This document shows, in pieces, positions 16,406 to 24,205 of a stretch of 64,000 bases of DNA (position 1 is the first letter of the stretch; every line of letters begins with the position of its first letter). Location: positions 32,001 to 96,000 of the IMG/VR virus record IMGVR_UViG_3300045988_159857; one strand, 5' to 3'. Source of the stretch: a virus. Below the pieces are notes generated by a model, which was not told the origin of the DNA, ran no database searches, and was given only the letters and a program-made list of their open reading frames with translations. The position numbers were made by a program, and so were the translations under genes.

Positions 16406-16494
16406 TTATTTATAACCTCATATAATAGTGTATGCTTTATAATTATAAAGAAAGTCTTTAAAAAAGGTTTATAACCTTTTTAACTTATAAACAT

Positions 16495-16527
16495 ATTATA
16501 ATATAAAACATAATAAATTTCAACTAA
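16495..16527 (-). promoter_or_regulatory. SigA-type promoter (TTAGTTGA family)
   Basis: TTAG+TTGAAA (16518-16523), 17-nt spacer, TATAAT (16495-16500). The box overlaps the stop of the kinase gene. Confidence 0.65.
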
Positions 16528-17411
16528 TGTGCTTCAACGTCGGCTTCGTGAAGCAAATCAATATATTTTTTGAGAAATGTCGGTAATTGTTTGTAGTATT
16601 TCGTTTCCAAATACGGTTCCATATGTACATTAACTAACCATGAAACATTTATAACAGTACAAAGGTCATCACCTTGAAGAAGTCCCGGAATTAAATAACT
16701 ACCTACATTTTGGTTGTTGTAATAGTGTGCTATAGTTGTTTCTTCTTGTTTACTATTATGAAAATCTTTTACAAAAGGTTTGCCACAATCATGATATTTC
16801 GCAGCAGTAATCAAATATTTACTAACATTTTGTTTAGTAGACATTATACGTTCACACTCATTACAATGTTCTAAAATATTTAAGGTGTGGTGAGGGTTAT
16901 CGTGTGGTTCATCCATCATTGAGTATACTTTATCTTTGAACTTCTTAATATCAAAATTCTCATCGTTTATTAAATAGTTAATATGGTCCCAACCCTCGTC
17001 GAAAAACGGTGGTTGATAAAGTTTTACAAATTTATTTATAACATATTTACCAACATGTCGTTCACGATGTATATCTCTATCTATACAAACAGTTATAGGT
17101 GCCCACACTACTACGGCATACTTTACAACGTAAGAAGGTAATTTTGTTAAAAGTTCTTTACGTTTTTTACGTACAACATTGGTTGCATCATATATTACAT
17201 TAACACCTTTGTCTAAATTTTCAAGTGTTCTTACTAACATTTCCTTAAAAACTTTATTATTGTCTTCTTGTGAACTCGCATTCCCAAACAACTCTTGTCG
17301 TATCACATCAGAGGATATTATGACTGTACCAGGTTTTTTACGTTTTTGTCCGTAATAACTTTTACCACTACCGGGTAATCCTATTAGCATTGTGAACATT
17401 GGGAATTTCAT
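16524..17411 (-). CDS. polynucleotide kinase (P-loop) fused to an HD-domain phosphohydrolase (RNA end-healing enzyme candidate)
   Basis: N-terminus GLPGSGKSYY..SSDVIRQEL..YDATN resembles the T4 Pnkp kinase domain. C-terminus has HHTLNILEH..KYHDCGKP (HD motif). Confidence 0.7.
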   Translation of the reverse strand: MKFPMFTMLIGLPGSGKSYYGQKRKKPGTVIISSDVIRQELFGNASSQEDNNKVFKEMLVRTLENLDKGVNVIYDATNVVRKKRKELLTKLPSYVVKYAVVVWAPITVCIDRDIHRERHVGKYVINKFVKLYQPPFFDEGWDHINYLINDENFDIKKFKDKVYSMMDEPHDNPHHTLNILEHCNECERIMSTKQNVSKYLITAAKYHDCGKPFVKDFHNSKQEETTIAHYYNNQNVGSYLIPGLLQGDDLCTVINVSWLVNVHMEPYLETKYYKQLPTFLKKYIDLLHEADVEAH

Positions 17412-17413
17412 AC

Positions 17414-17746
17414 TTAATTACACCTCTCGTAATAATCGTCAACAACCACACTACTTACAATACTTTTAGTATCTACTATGTTTGATTGTCCTTCGACAAT
17501 AGCATTAAATATTCGTGAAAGACATTCATCAACATATCTTTCGTAGTTAATATATTTATTTCTATGTGCGAATAGAGGACAATAAAATACAGTGACAACA
17601 TCTCCACCCTCAAGAGTACAGATAATATTTTGTGAACTATTTACAAATATTCTACATATTTTGTCTATTCGAACACACTGATTGTCTATTGTTTTTAACC
17701 ATTTTCCCACTTCAGCAACTCCTTTTCCCATTTGGAAGAATTCCAA
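17414..17746 (-). CDS. hypothetical protein
   Basis: 110-aa ORF overlapping the 3' end of the RNA ligase gene. The likely start is the internal MGKGVAEV. Confidence 0.45.
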   Translation of the reverse strand: MEFFQMGKGVAEVGKWLKTIDNQCVRIDKICRIFVNSSQNIICTLEGGDVVTVFYCPLFAHRNKYINYERYVDECLSRIFNAIVEGQSNIVDTKSIVSSVVVDDYYERCN

Positions 17747-18873
17747 GTTTTCATATACTCCACTGGATTTTTATCATAAGCGAAGAAAAGATAAGACCTT
17801 ACCCATTCCGGATAACTATTAACTAACTGAGCATATTCTTTACGAGTATAATTTTGAGGAAGTTCCGTCCTAAGTTTAACCAAGTAACTAAACGCCATAT
17901 TTTTATAATCAATGATGTCGGCTTCAACGGATGCTAACTCTTTATTATAATCCGTACAATATGTTAGAAATTCTTCTCTTTCACCTTTAAGTATAACATC
18001 TATGAGATACTTTTTCGTAACAACATTATTATTACGCGCATAATGAGCTAAAACATAATTAGGGGATTTTATTTTTATACGATTATTTTTCTTATCATGA
18101 ACTACATAACCTTCTTCATCCCAAGGTAACTCTTTTGAAGCTAACACAACGTCCTCAAAGGTTGAAAGATTATACACCTTTGGAATTTTTACCCCAACAG
18201 TTAAAAAGTCTTTTGTGCATTCCGAATCGGTAAATGATGTTAGAAGGTCTTCTACATTTCTTTCTCCTAAAAAGTATAAACAGGTTTCATTATAAGGCAC
18301 AACAATTCTGTTATATGGGCTCACTAACTCAAAAATATATGTTTGTTTTTTATGTTTTTTACAAATTTTAATTAGTTTAGTTGTGTCCACCGAACTAACA
18401 AACAATTCACCAAAATTTTTATATTTAACACAATTAAGGGGTGCATTAAAAGCGTTTATAGTACCGTTTGTTGAAATCGTATAATCATCAATATCTGAAT
18501 TATACCACACTTTGATTAAAGAACCATCAACTTTTTCGGTAACCTTTGCAGAATTCCAATCAATTTTAGGTACATAAGATTCTTGATAGTTTCCAAACTT
18601 ATCAAAGGCGTGACAAACCGGTTTTGTCCATTCTCCCTCTCTAAATACTATTCCTCTACACTCTCTAACAATATAATTGTTGAAATCAGACTTTACTTGG
18701 TTATATGTAAACATTACATAATGTTTATCATTTTTATAATAATGTTGAGTTTTAACACAATAAGGTTTTTGACACAACAATTGTTCATAATTACTGTTCA
18801 GGTCACAAAAACGTCCTATTTGTGTGCTATAAACCATAAAAACACCGTCCTTAAAAGTGTAACTGAAAGTCAC
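17695..18873 (-). CDS. RNA ligase, Rnl1 (T4 RnlA)-like
   Basis: Motif I EKVDGSLI, motif III FELVSPYNRIV, motifs IV/V EGYVVHD..RIKIKSPNYV. Confidence 0.75.
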   Translation of the reverse strand: MTFSYTFKDGVFMVYSTQIGRFCDLNSNYEQLLCQKPYCVKTQHYYKNDKHYVMFTYNQVKSDFNNYIVRECRGIVFREGEWTKPVCHAFDKFGNYQESYVPKIDWNSAKVTEKVDGSLIKVWYNSDIDDYTISTNGTINAFNAPLNCVKYKNFGELFVSSVDTTKLIKICKKHKKQTYIFELVSPYNRIVVPYNETCLYFLGERNVEDLLTSFTDSECTKDFLTVGVKIPKVYNLSTFEDVVLASKELPWDEEGYVVHDKKNNRIKIKSPNYVLAHYARNNNVVTKKYLIDVILKGEREEFLTYCTDYNKELASVEADIIDYKNMAFSYLVKLRTELPQNYTRKEYAQLVNSYPEWVRSYLFFAYDKNPVEYMKTWNSSKWEKELLKWENG

Positions 18874-19069
18874 ACTATAATGTTAATTATTATATATATA
18901 ATAATTTATCTTTACACTAAAGGTAACTAATTTTTACCTTTAATACTTTTAAGTAACATTATTTATATATTTGACTTGTAAGCTCTTGGGCTTGCTGTAA
19001 AGCGTTTTTGTATGAATATAATTAAATTATATTATTAAAATTAAAGTTGAAATTTTATTGCGTTATTTT

Positions 19070-19108
19070 AATAATAAAATAAGGGTTATAAATTACTTAT
19101 AACCCTTA
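19070..19108 (-). terminator. rho-independent terminator
   Basis: 11-bp stem AAGGGTTATAA/TTATAACCCTT (19081-19091/19097-19107), then ATTTTATT on the minus strand. Confidence 0.7.
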
Positions 19109-19168
19109 AAAATATTAACAATTAAATTTATTAACTTATAACAATAGTTTTAAAGCCTTTAAACATAA

Positions 19169-19576
19169 TTACATAAAATCTCTTGACGACATTCCATAGT
19201 AACCAAGGGGGTCTCTTTCGTATGCAAGACTGTCTTCAAACTCTTCATAAGCTTCGTTTTCAAAAAATGATTTGACATCGTCTTTCATAATTTCAGTGAG
19301 AACTTCTTCGTCAGTATCCTTTACAACATGTCTTGCAAAAGAGACACTTTTAGGGTCTTTTACATCAAGTTTTGTACTATGATAGTCATACTCGTCCATC
19401 ATTGCCTTCACATCGTCTTCTGAAGATTGTGAAATTACCTCAGAAGCTAAGTCAACTACTTCTTCGTCGGAAAGCTCATCAAAAAACGGTCTTGTATCGA
19501 CTTCGTATTCGTAATCATACTCATCGAAATTTCCTGCTCTTGTTCTGTAATCAAACGTGTAATGTAAAGTAGACAT
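19169..19576 (-). CDS. highly acidic hypothetical protein
   Basis: 135 aa with about 38 D/E against about 13 K/R by hand count. Standalone unit with its own terminator. Confidence 0.6.
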   Translation of the reverse strand: MSTLHYTFDYRTRAGNFDEYDYEYEVDTRPFFDELSDEEVVDLASEVISQSSEDDVKAMMDEYDYHSTKLDVKDPKSVSFARHVVKDTDEEVLTEIMKDDVKSFFENEAYEEFEDSLAYERDPLGYYGMSSRDFM

Positions 19577-19631
19577 TTATAACACCTCAAATTATTTAAT
19601 AAGTTTTAACTTTTAATACAATTATGTTGTG

Positions 19632-19663
19632 TAAAAAAGAGGTAACCTTTAACGGGTTACCTC
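19632..19663 (-). terminator. rho-independent terminator
   Basis: 9-bp stem GAGGTAACC/GGTTACCTC (19639-19647/19655-19663), then TTTTTTA on the minus strand. Confidence 0.75.
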
Positions 19664-19888
19664 CAATACATACATTCCAATGTAACTAATTATAAGTAAT
19701 ATCAGAGACATTATAATTCTTATTATCATAACATGAAATTCAATCAATTCCAGGTCACTTGCACCCGCAGTACTAAAAGCACTTAAAAGTCCTAAAATAA
19801 GAAACATAATACTAAGAATACCTAAAACTTTTCTCCTACGTCTGATTACCTTAATTCTTTCATTCTTAGTAAGTTTTTTCATTTTCAT
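19649..19888 (-). CDS. small membrane protein (2 TM)
   Basis: Basic N-terminus KKLTKNERIKVIRRRRK followed by two hydrophobic helices. Confidence 0.6.
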   Translation of the reverse strand: MKMKKLTKNERIKVIRRRRKVLGILSIMFLILGLLSAFSTAGASDLELIEFHVMIIRIIMSLILLIISYIGMYVLEVTR

Positions 19889-19915
19889 TTCCTCCAGTAC
19901 TTAATTTATGCATAT

Positions 19916-19948
19916 ATTATAGTATTAAATTAAATAACAATCAACTAA
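19916..19948 (-). promoter_or_regulatory. SigA-type promoter (TTAGTTGA family)
   Basis: TTAG+TTGATT (19939-19944), 17-nt spacer, TATAAT (19916-19921). Confidence 0.7.
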
Positions 19949-20161
19949 TTATATGAATACTAAGATACCTGTAAAGACTTGAAAAATTAACATTATTGAC
20001 AAAAAACTTGTAACAAGACAAAATAAAATAAATAGTATTATTCTTTTTAATTTACACCTTTTACAAAATTCACCAAATATTGTGTTATATAATAACACAC
20101 AATCAATAACAAAAACAAACAACCATATTATTAGTAATAAAGACCACTTAAATATTGTCAT
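19949..20161 (-). CDS. small membrane protein (2-3 TM)
   Basis: 70 aa, almost entirely hydrophobic. Confidence 0.55.
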   Translation of the reverse strand: MTIFKWSLLLIIWLFVFVIDCVLLYNTIFGEFCKRCKLKRIILFILFCLVTSFLSIMLIFQVFTGILVFI

Positions 20162-20170
20162 AACTACCTC

Positions 20171-20917
20171 CTATAGTAAATCGTCTTCTAATATTAAAAC
20201 GTTCATTTCTCCTGTATATGCTGTACACCTGTCAATCGCATATATTCCTTCGTTCTCGTAAATGTTCCAACAAGCATTATCACCAAATTCAGACATTGTT
20301 GTTTGAGATTTTCTTTCTGTATCCCTAGCCCATCCATACGAACAGTGCCAATGTCCACACACTGTTGTTTTATTAGGTACCAGTATTCCTTTGTCAGCTA
20401 AATCCATACCGTTATACCAACAACTTTTAGACCAATTCCCATTTCTCCAGTTAAGGTCATATGAAGGAAAGTATGGTGTAAAACCTTTCATATTACAAGG
20501 TATCCAACCATGAACAAATACGTAGTTTTTAGTCTCAAAGTAGTCAACCATTTTGGAGTAAAATTCGTTAATTACTTTAGCTACTTGAGGAAGTGTATAT
20601 TCTTTCTTTTTAACTTTTATTTTATTAACAAGTGTTTGAAATGTTTCATCGGTACCGTTTTGATAGTCATGGTGAAGAGGGTATCCTCTATCAAGATAAC
20701 TTTCCATAAGATATTCATGATTACCTTTTACAAGTACAACATTGTTTAACGACATTAAATATGTCATGACCTCATAAGGTTTGTCTCCCCTATCCCAATA
20801 GTCACCACAACAAACTAATAAGTCATTTTCGTTATTTTCTCTAAAACCAACACTCTTCAGTGTTTCTCTTAAGATATCGTAGTAACCGTGAATATCTGAC
20901 ACAGCGAAGATTCGCAT
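20171..20917 (-). CDS. metallophosphoesterase (lambda-PP/ApaH-like Ser/Thr phosphatase family)
   Basis: SDIHG, CGDYWDRGD, GNHE and GHWH motifs. Confidence 0.85.
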   Translation of the reverse strand: MRIFAVSDIHGYYDILRETLKSVGFRENNENDLLVCCGDYWDRGDKPYEVMTYLMSLNNVVLVKGNHEYLMESYLDRGYPLHHDYQNGTDETFQTLVNKIKVKKKEYTLPQVAKVINEFYSKMVDYFETKNYVFVHGWIPCNMKGFTPYFPSYDLNWRNGNWSKSCWYNGMDLADKGILVPNKTTVCGHWHCSYGWARDTERKSQTTMSEFGDNACWNIYENEGIYAIDRCTAYTGEMNVLILEDDLL

Positions 20918-20952
20918 TATTTATAAATCTCCTTCCACCTTTATTTTACTAT

Positions 20953-20985
20953 ATTATATTATTTTTAGTAGTAAAAAACAACTAA
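20953..20985 (-). promoter_or_regulatory. SigA-type promoter (TTAGTTGA-family variant)
   Basis: TTAG+TTGTTT (20976-20981), 17-nt spacer, TATAAT (20953-20958). The -35 lies inside the terminator arm. Confidence 0.55.
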
Positions 20986-21018
20986 GTCATTTAAATATTT
21001 AATAGACTTAGTTGTTTT
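20971..21018 (-). terminator. hairpin terminator
   Basis: 14-bp stem 20975-20988/21005-21018 with a 16-nt loop; T-tract on the minus strand. Confidence 0.5.
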
Positions 21019-21030
21019 ATATAACCAGCT

Positions 21031-21717
21031 TTATATATGTTTTACTGTTGTAATATTTCCTTGAAATCCTAATCCATTAACTGTTCCGGAACTTCTTGTT
21101 GCTTTAGACATACTTTTGGTATCAACAATAAATTCCATCATACAACCATTAGATAGTGTGTAAGAATGTGTACTATCTGTATGTTTATCACTTTTAATAT
21201 CTGCCAGAATAACTTTCCAGTGAGTACCTTCGTCTGTTTCTATATATAGTTTATCGCCAACTTTTCCATAATGAGTACCCATTGCTACACAATAGTAATC
21301 ACCTATTTTTCTTAAACCGTTCTCGTCGGTTACCGCTTGTTGTTGTAATTTGTAGGCAAAACTGTTTTTATTTGTTATTGTTCGGTAGTCCATATAACTT
21401 TTGAACGATGAACATTTTACCTTTGAAACAATATTGTTATTACTTTTTTGTGTTTGGACACTTAAATTATCAATCTTTTCTTGTAACGCCTTGTTTTCAC
21501 TTTTATACTTTTCTAACTCCTCATTCAAACTATCTTGTTCGTTTTGTAATTGTTCAATCTGTTTATTTAATAAATCAATAGTACTTTTGCTACCTTCAAT
21601 TTCTTGCTTATAGTTATATATTATATTATTAAAAGTATAAAACGTTGTACAACAAAAGATAATAAGCGATATAGCAACTATAATTTTAATGTTAAACTTG
21701 TAAGATGTTTTAATTAT
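21031..21717 (-). CDS. membrane-anchored coiled-coil protein; probable non-canonical (ATA/ATC/ATT) start
   Basis: The track starts at TTG 21528, which has no RBS. The frame is open 65 more codons up to stop 21724-21726 and encodes a TM anchor (IIVAISLIIFCCTTF) plus a continuous coiled coil. AAAGGAG at 21727-21733 lies 6-12 nt before ATC-ATA-ATT. Confidence 0.55.
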   Translation of the reverse strand: MIKTSYKFNIKIIVAISLIIFCCTTFYTFNNIIYNYKQEIEGSKSTIDLLNKQIEQLQNEQDSLNEELEKYKSENKALQEKIDNLSVQTQKSNNNIVSKVKCSSFKSYMDYRTITNKNSFAYKLQQQAVTDENGLRKIGDYYCVAMGTHYGKVGDKLYIETDEGTHWKVILADIKSDKHTDSTHSYTLSNGCMMEFIVDTKSMSKATRSSGTVNGLGFQGNITTVKHI

Positions 21718-21807
21718 GATACTTTACTCCTTTCGTAGATGACAAGTGTCATCTCCGCCGGTTATAGTTCACAAACCTCCTTTTCTTTTAGCTTAGGTTT
21801 CAAGTTT

Positions 21808-21841
21808 ATGTAAAATACAAACGGGTTTAATCCCGTTTGTA
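21808..21841 (-). terminator. rho-independent terminator
   Basis: 10-bp stem TACAAACGGG/CCCGTTTGTA (21816-21825/21832-21841), then TTTTACAT on the minus strand. Confidence 0.7.
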
Positions 21842-21858
21842 TTGTTACCATTCGTTTA

Positions 21859-22386
21859 TTAAGCTTCCAAATCATTAAGTTTATAAATATTTGCAAACTT
21901 AATAGTTTGTATTTCATTTCCTGAACTACCGTTGTTTTTCGTGAAATACAAATCTATTATACAATTTTTATAAGGGGAACCTTCAAGGGTTTCTGTGAAG
22001 AGGTAAATTCCTTCTTCAGGCCAAATTGTCAGAAACTTTGATTTTGTATTTGATTTTTCATTTAAGTTAGCAACCTGAAGGTAATAATTTGTAGTAACTA
22101 AATTATATTTAACTTTGTTTTCAACAATCCACTTATAATTATTTGTAGACTTTCTTTTTGTATCTTTTTCTTGTCTATTTTTAAGTCTTTCTACGACACT
22201 TCTAATGTTGTGATAATTAACACCTACTCGAGCACTTTTTTCAGTAAACTTAATTATCTTAAGACCTTTTTTATAAAAATCAGCTTTAACAGGTAATTCT
22301 GTTCGGTAACCTACTCTAACAATTCTTCCATTACCAATGTCAGTAACCTTTTTAATTAACTTATCCTTTTCAATTGTTCCAAACAT
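21859..22386 (-). CDS. hypothetical protein
   Basis: The track ORF extends to 22443, but the promoter -10 at 22419-22424 and AAGGAG place the start at ATG 22384-22386 (MFGTIEKDK..). Confidence 0.6.
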   Translation of the reverse strand: MFGTIEKDKLIKKVTDIGNGRIVRVGYRTELPVKADFYKKGLKIIKFTEKSARVGVNYHNIRSVVERLKNRQEKDTKRKSTNNYKWIVENKVKYNLVTTNYYLQVANLNEKSNTKSKFLTIWPEEGIYLFTETLEGSPYKNCIIDLYFTKNNGSSGNEIQTIKFANIYKLNDLEA

Positions 22387-22418
22387 TTTAATAATCTCCT
22401 TATTTAATTTACACTTAC

Positions 22419-22451
22419 AGTATAGTATATTTTTAGTTAACATTCAACTAA
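22419..22451 (-). promoter_or_regulatory. SigA-type promoter (TTAGTTGA family)
   Basis: TTAG+TTGAAT (22442-22447), 17-nt spacer, TATACT (22419-22424). Confidence 0.6.
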
Positions 22452-23017
22452 AACTTATTTGAAGTTATTTCTTTATGTAGTTTAATGAAATCCCAGGCCT
22501 CTGAAATGTTTTTAACTCGTATATCATAATAATTAAGTTGACAGTTATGATTATATGGCTTATCAATAAGTATTCTTATACTATCACTATTTTTAATATT
22601 TTCTTCATAATCATCAATTATATAATCACATTTTATAATATCTTTATGTGAGGTAAAAATTATGTCAGAAGCTTTAATTACATTACCAAAATGGTTTAAT
22701 ATAGAGTCTTCCATTTTCGCCTTGATTGTTCGATAATCAGAATCAGTAACTATATAAACAATGTTGTCTTTCTTCATCTCTTTTATAACGTCAATATAGT
22801 TGTTACTAACAGGAACATTTAACCAAAAGTACTCATTATATAAGGGTTCAAAAATTTCTTCTTTTGAAAGTGTTGGAAAAACTTTAGTCATATCCCAATT
22901 ACACACTTCGTTTACATTAACCCGTGTTCCGTGTTTGTTGTTTAACCAGTTAATCCAGGTTATTAACATATCGTTTAATACTGAGTCATAATCACATAAT
23001 ATAATATCGTTAGACAT
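22448..23017 (-). CDS. 5'(3')-deoxyribonucleotidase-like HAD hydrolase
   Basis: N-terminal IILCDYDSVLND (DxD nucleophile motif), a later IVTDS, and C-terminal IIDDY. Layout resembles the NT5C/YorS family. Confidence 0.55.
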   Translation of the reverse strand: MSNDIILCDYDSVLNDMLITWINWLNNKHGTRVNVNEVCNWDMTKVFPTLSKEEIFEPLYNEYFWLNVPVSNNYIDVIKEMKKDNIVYIVTDSDYRTIKAKMEDSILNHFGNVIKASDIIFTSHKDIIKCDYIIDDYEENIKNSDSIRILIDKPYNHNCQLNYYDIRVKNISEAWDFIKLHKEITSNKF

Positions 23018-23047
23018 ATTTGTAACTCCTTAAATTTATGTAATTAT

Positions 23048-23080
23048 ATTTTAATATTTATTTAGTACATAATCAACTAA
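23048..23080 (-). promoter_or_regulatory. SigA-type promoter (TTAGTTGA family)
   Basis: TTAG+TTGATT (23071-23076), 17-nt spacer, TAAAAT (23048-23053). Confidence 0.5.
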
Positions 23081-23087
23081 AAAATAA

Positions 23088-23125
23088 TTGTAAAATAAAA
23101 CACCGGTATTAAATACCGGTGTTTA
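23088..23125 (-). terminator. rho-independent terminator
   Basis: 11-bp stem AAACACCGGTA/TACCGGTGTTT (23098-23108/23114-23124), then a T-tract on the minus strand. Confidence 0.75.
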
Positions 23126-23161
23126 AGTAAAGGAGGACACAAAAATATAACAAACAATATA

Positions 23162-23235
23162 TGGCAGGAATAAGTTGATTCGAACAACTACTGCAGCAGT
23201 CAAAGTGCTGTGTGCTACCGTTACACCATACTCCT
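23162..23235 (-). tRNA. tRNA-Gln (anticodon UUG)
   Basis: Acceptor AGGAGTA/TATTCCT; D-arm GTGT-AACGGTA-GCAC; anticodon arm CAGCA-CTTTGAC-TGCTG; T-arm AGTTG-TTCGAAT-CAACT; CCA encoded. Confidence 0.85.
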
Positions 23236-23244
23236 ATATCAAAA

Positions 23245-23312
23245 GGCCTGGTACATAAAGGAAGGAAGATAAATAAAACAATACTAAATACTACGGAGGT
23301 ATGTACCAGGCC
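23245..23312 (-). other. 13-bp stem / 42-nt loop hairpin between CDS and tRNA-Gln
   Basis: GGCCTGGTACATA (23245-23257) pairs with TATGTACCAGGCC (23300-23312). On the minus strand it is followed by TTTT. The loop is CU-rich (CCUCCG..CUUCCUUCCUU). Confidence 0.6.
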
Positions 23313-23322
23313 GAGGAATAAT

Positions 23323-23646
23323 TTACATTTCTGACTCTACTTTATTAAGCGTATTTCGATAGTTATCGAGTTCGGCGCTAGAATCATTTACATACTTTAT
23401 CATTTTTCTAAGATAGTTTTTAGATTCATAATACTGTTTAAGAGCCTCACGATATTTTTCATTAGCTCTTTTGTATCTTTTATCTCCAACAAGAACGTCA
23501 CAACGACATTTTGCAAGTCTGGCACCCTTAAGAGGGTCATATTTATCATTAGCAGAACAAACAGCCTTACATTTAATAGTTTTGCCGGCATAATGACTTA
23601 CACAATAAACTATATGTTTATCATCATTGAAATAATATCTATACAT
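23323..23646 (-). CDS. hypothetical protein
   Basis: 107 aa. The segment CKAVCSANDKYDPLKGARLAKCR resembles a small protein family common in Firmicute phages. Confidence 0.6.
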   Translation of the reverse strand: MYRYYFNDDKHIVYCVSHYAGKTIKCKAVCSANDKYDPLKGARLAKCRCDVLVGDKRYKRANEKYREALKQYYESKNYLRKMIKYVNDSSAELDNYRNTLNKVESEM

Positions 23647-23684
23647 TTTTCCAAATCTCCTTATCCAAATTTACATACATATAT

Positions 23685-23718
23685 ATTATATAATATAAAT
23701 GTAAAAATTTTCAACTAA
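23685..23718 (-). promoter_or_regulatory. SigA-type promoter (TTAGTTGA family)
   Basis: TTAG+TTGAAA (23709-23714), 18-nt spacer, TATAAT (23685-23690). Confidence 0.6.
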
Positions 23719-23836
23719 TTTTTAATATTTCAGTTAACCTTTACAACAATATCATTTGTTATCTTGTAAAGTATACAAATATCGGGTGATGGATGAAAAT
23801 ACTCTAAACATAATAATTATTTAATATCCAAAGGTT

Positions 23837-24028
23837 TTAAACATATATTTCCTCATCCGAGTGTGGTCCAAATTTATTTTGATATTTAAACCTGTACGAT
23901 GATTTGGTAACAACACTAGGTGAGCAATGATATAAAGTATCATCTTCCAATTTAATATAAATTAAAGGGTCATCATCCCCACTAAGTATAAAACCTTTAC
24001 TTTCTGTAAATGTGTACTTAATTTTCAT
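23837..24028 (-). CDS. hypothetical protein
   Basis: 63-aa ORF behind the promoter at 24085..24117. Confidence 0.5.
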   Translation of the reverse strand: MKIKYTFTESKGFILSGDDDPLIYIKLEDDTLYHCSPSVVTKSSYRFKYQNKFGPHSDEEIYV

Positions 24029-24084
24029 AATCTTTAAACCATTTCCATTCTACCATTGTATCGCTACCTAAATTTTATACTTAA

Positions 24085-24117
24085 ATTATAGTAAATATTA
24101 AATAAATTATCAACTAA
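24085..24117 (-). promoter_or_regulatory. SigA-type promoter (TTAGTTGA family)
   Basis: TTAG+TTGATA (24108-24113), 17-nt spacer, TATAAT (24085-24090). Confidence 0.7.
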
Positions 24118-24134
24118 AAAATACATTATTTTTA

Positions 24135-24183
24135 AAAATGCGAAACATAACGGGGAAAAGACCGTCATGTCATTTTCCCCGTA
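24135..24183 (-). terminator. rho-independent terminator
   Basis: 10-bp stem ACGGGGAAAA/TTTTCCCCGT (24150-24159/24173-24182), with a T-rich tail on the minus strand. Confidence 0.65.
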
Positions 24184-24205
24184 TCACAATTTAAATAAAA
24201 ATAAA

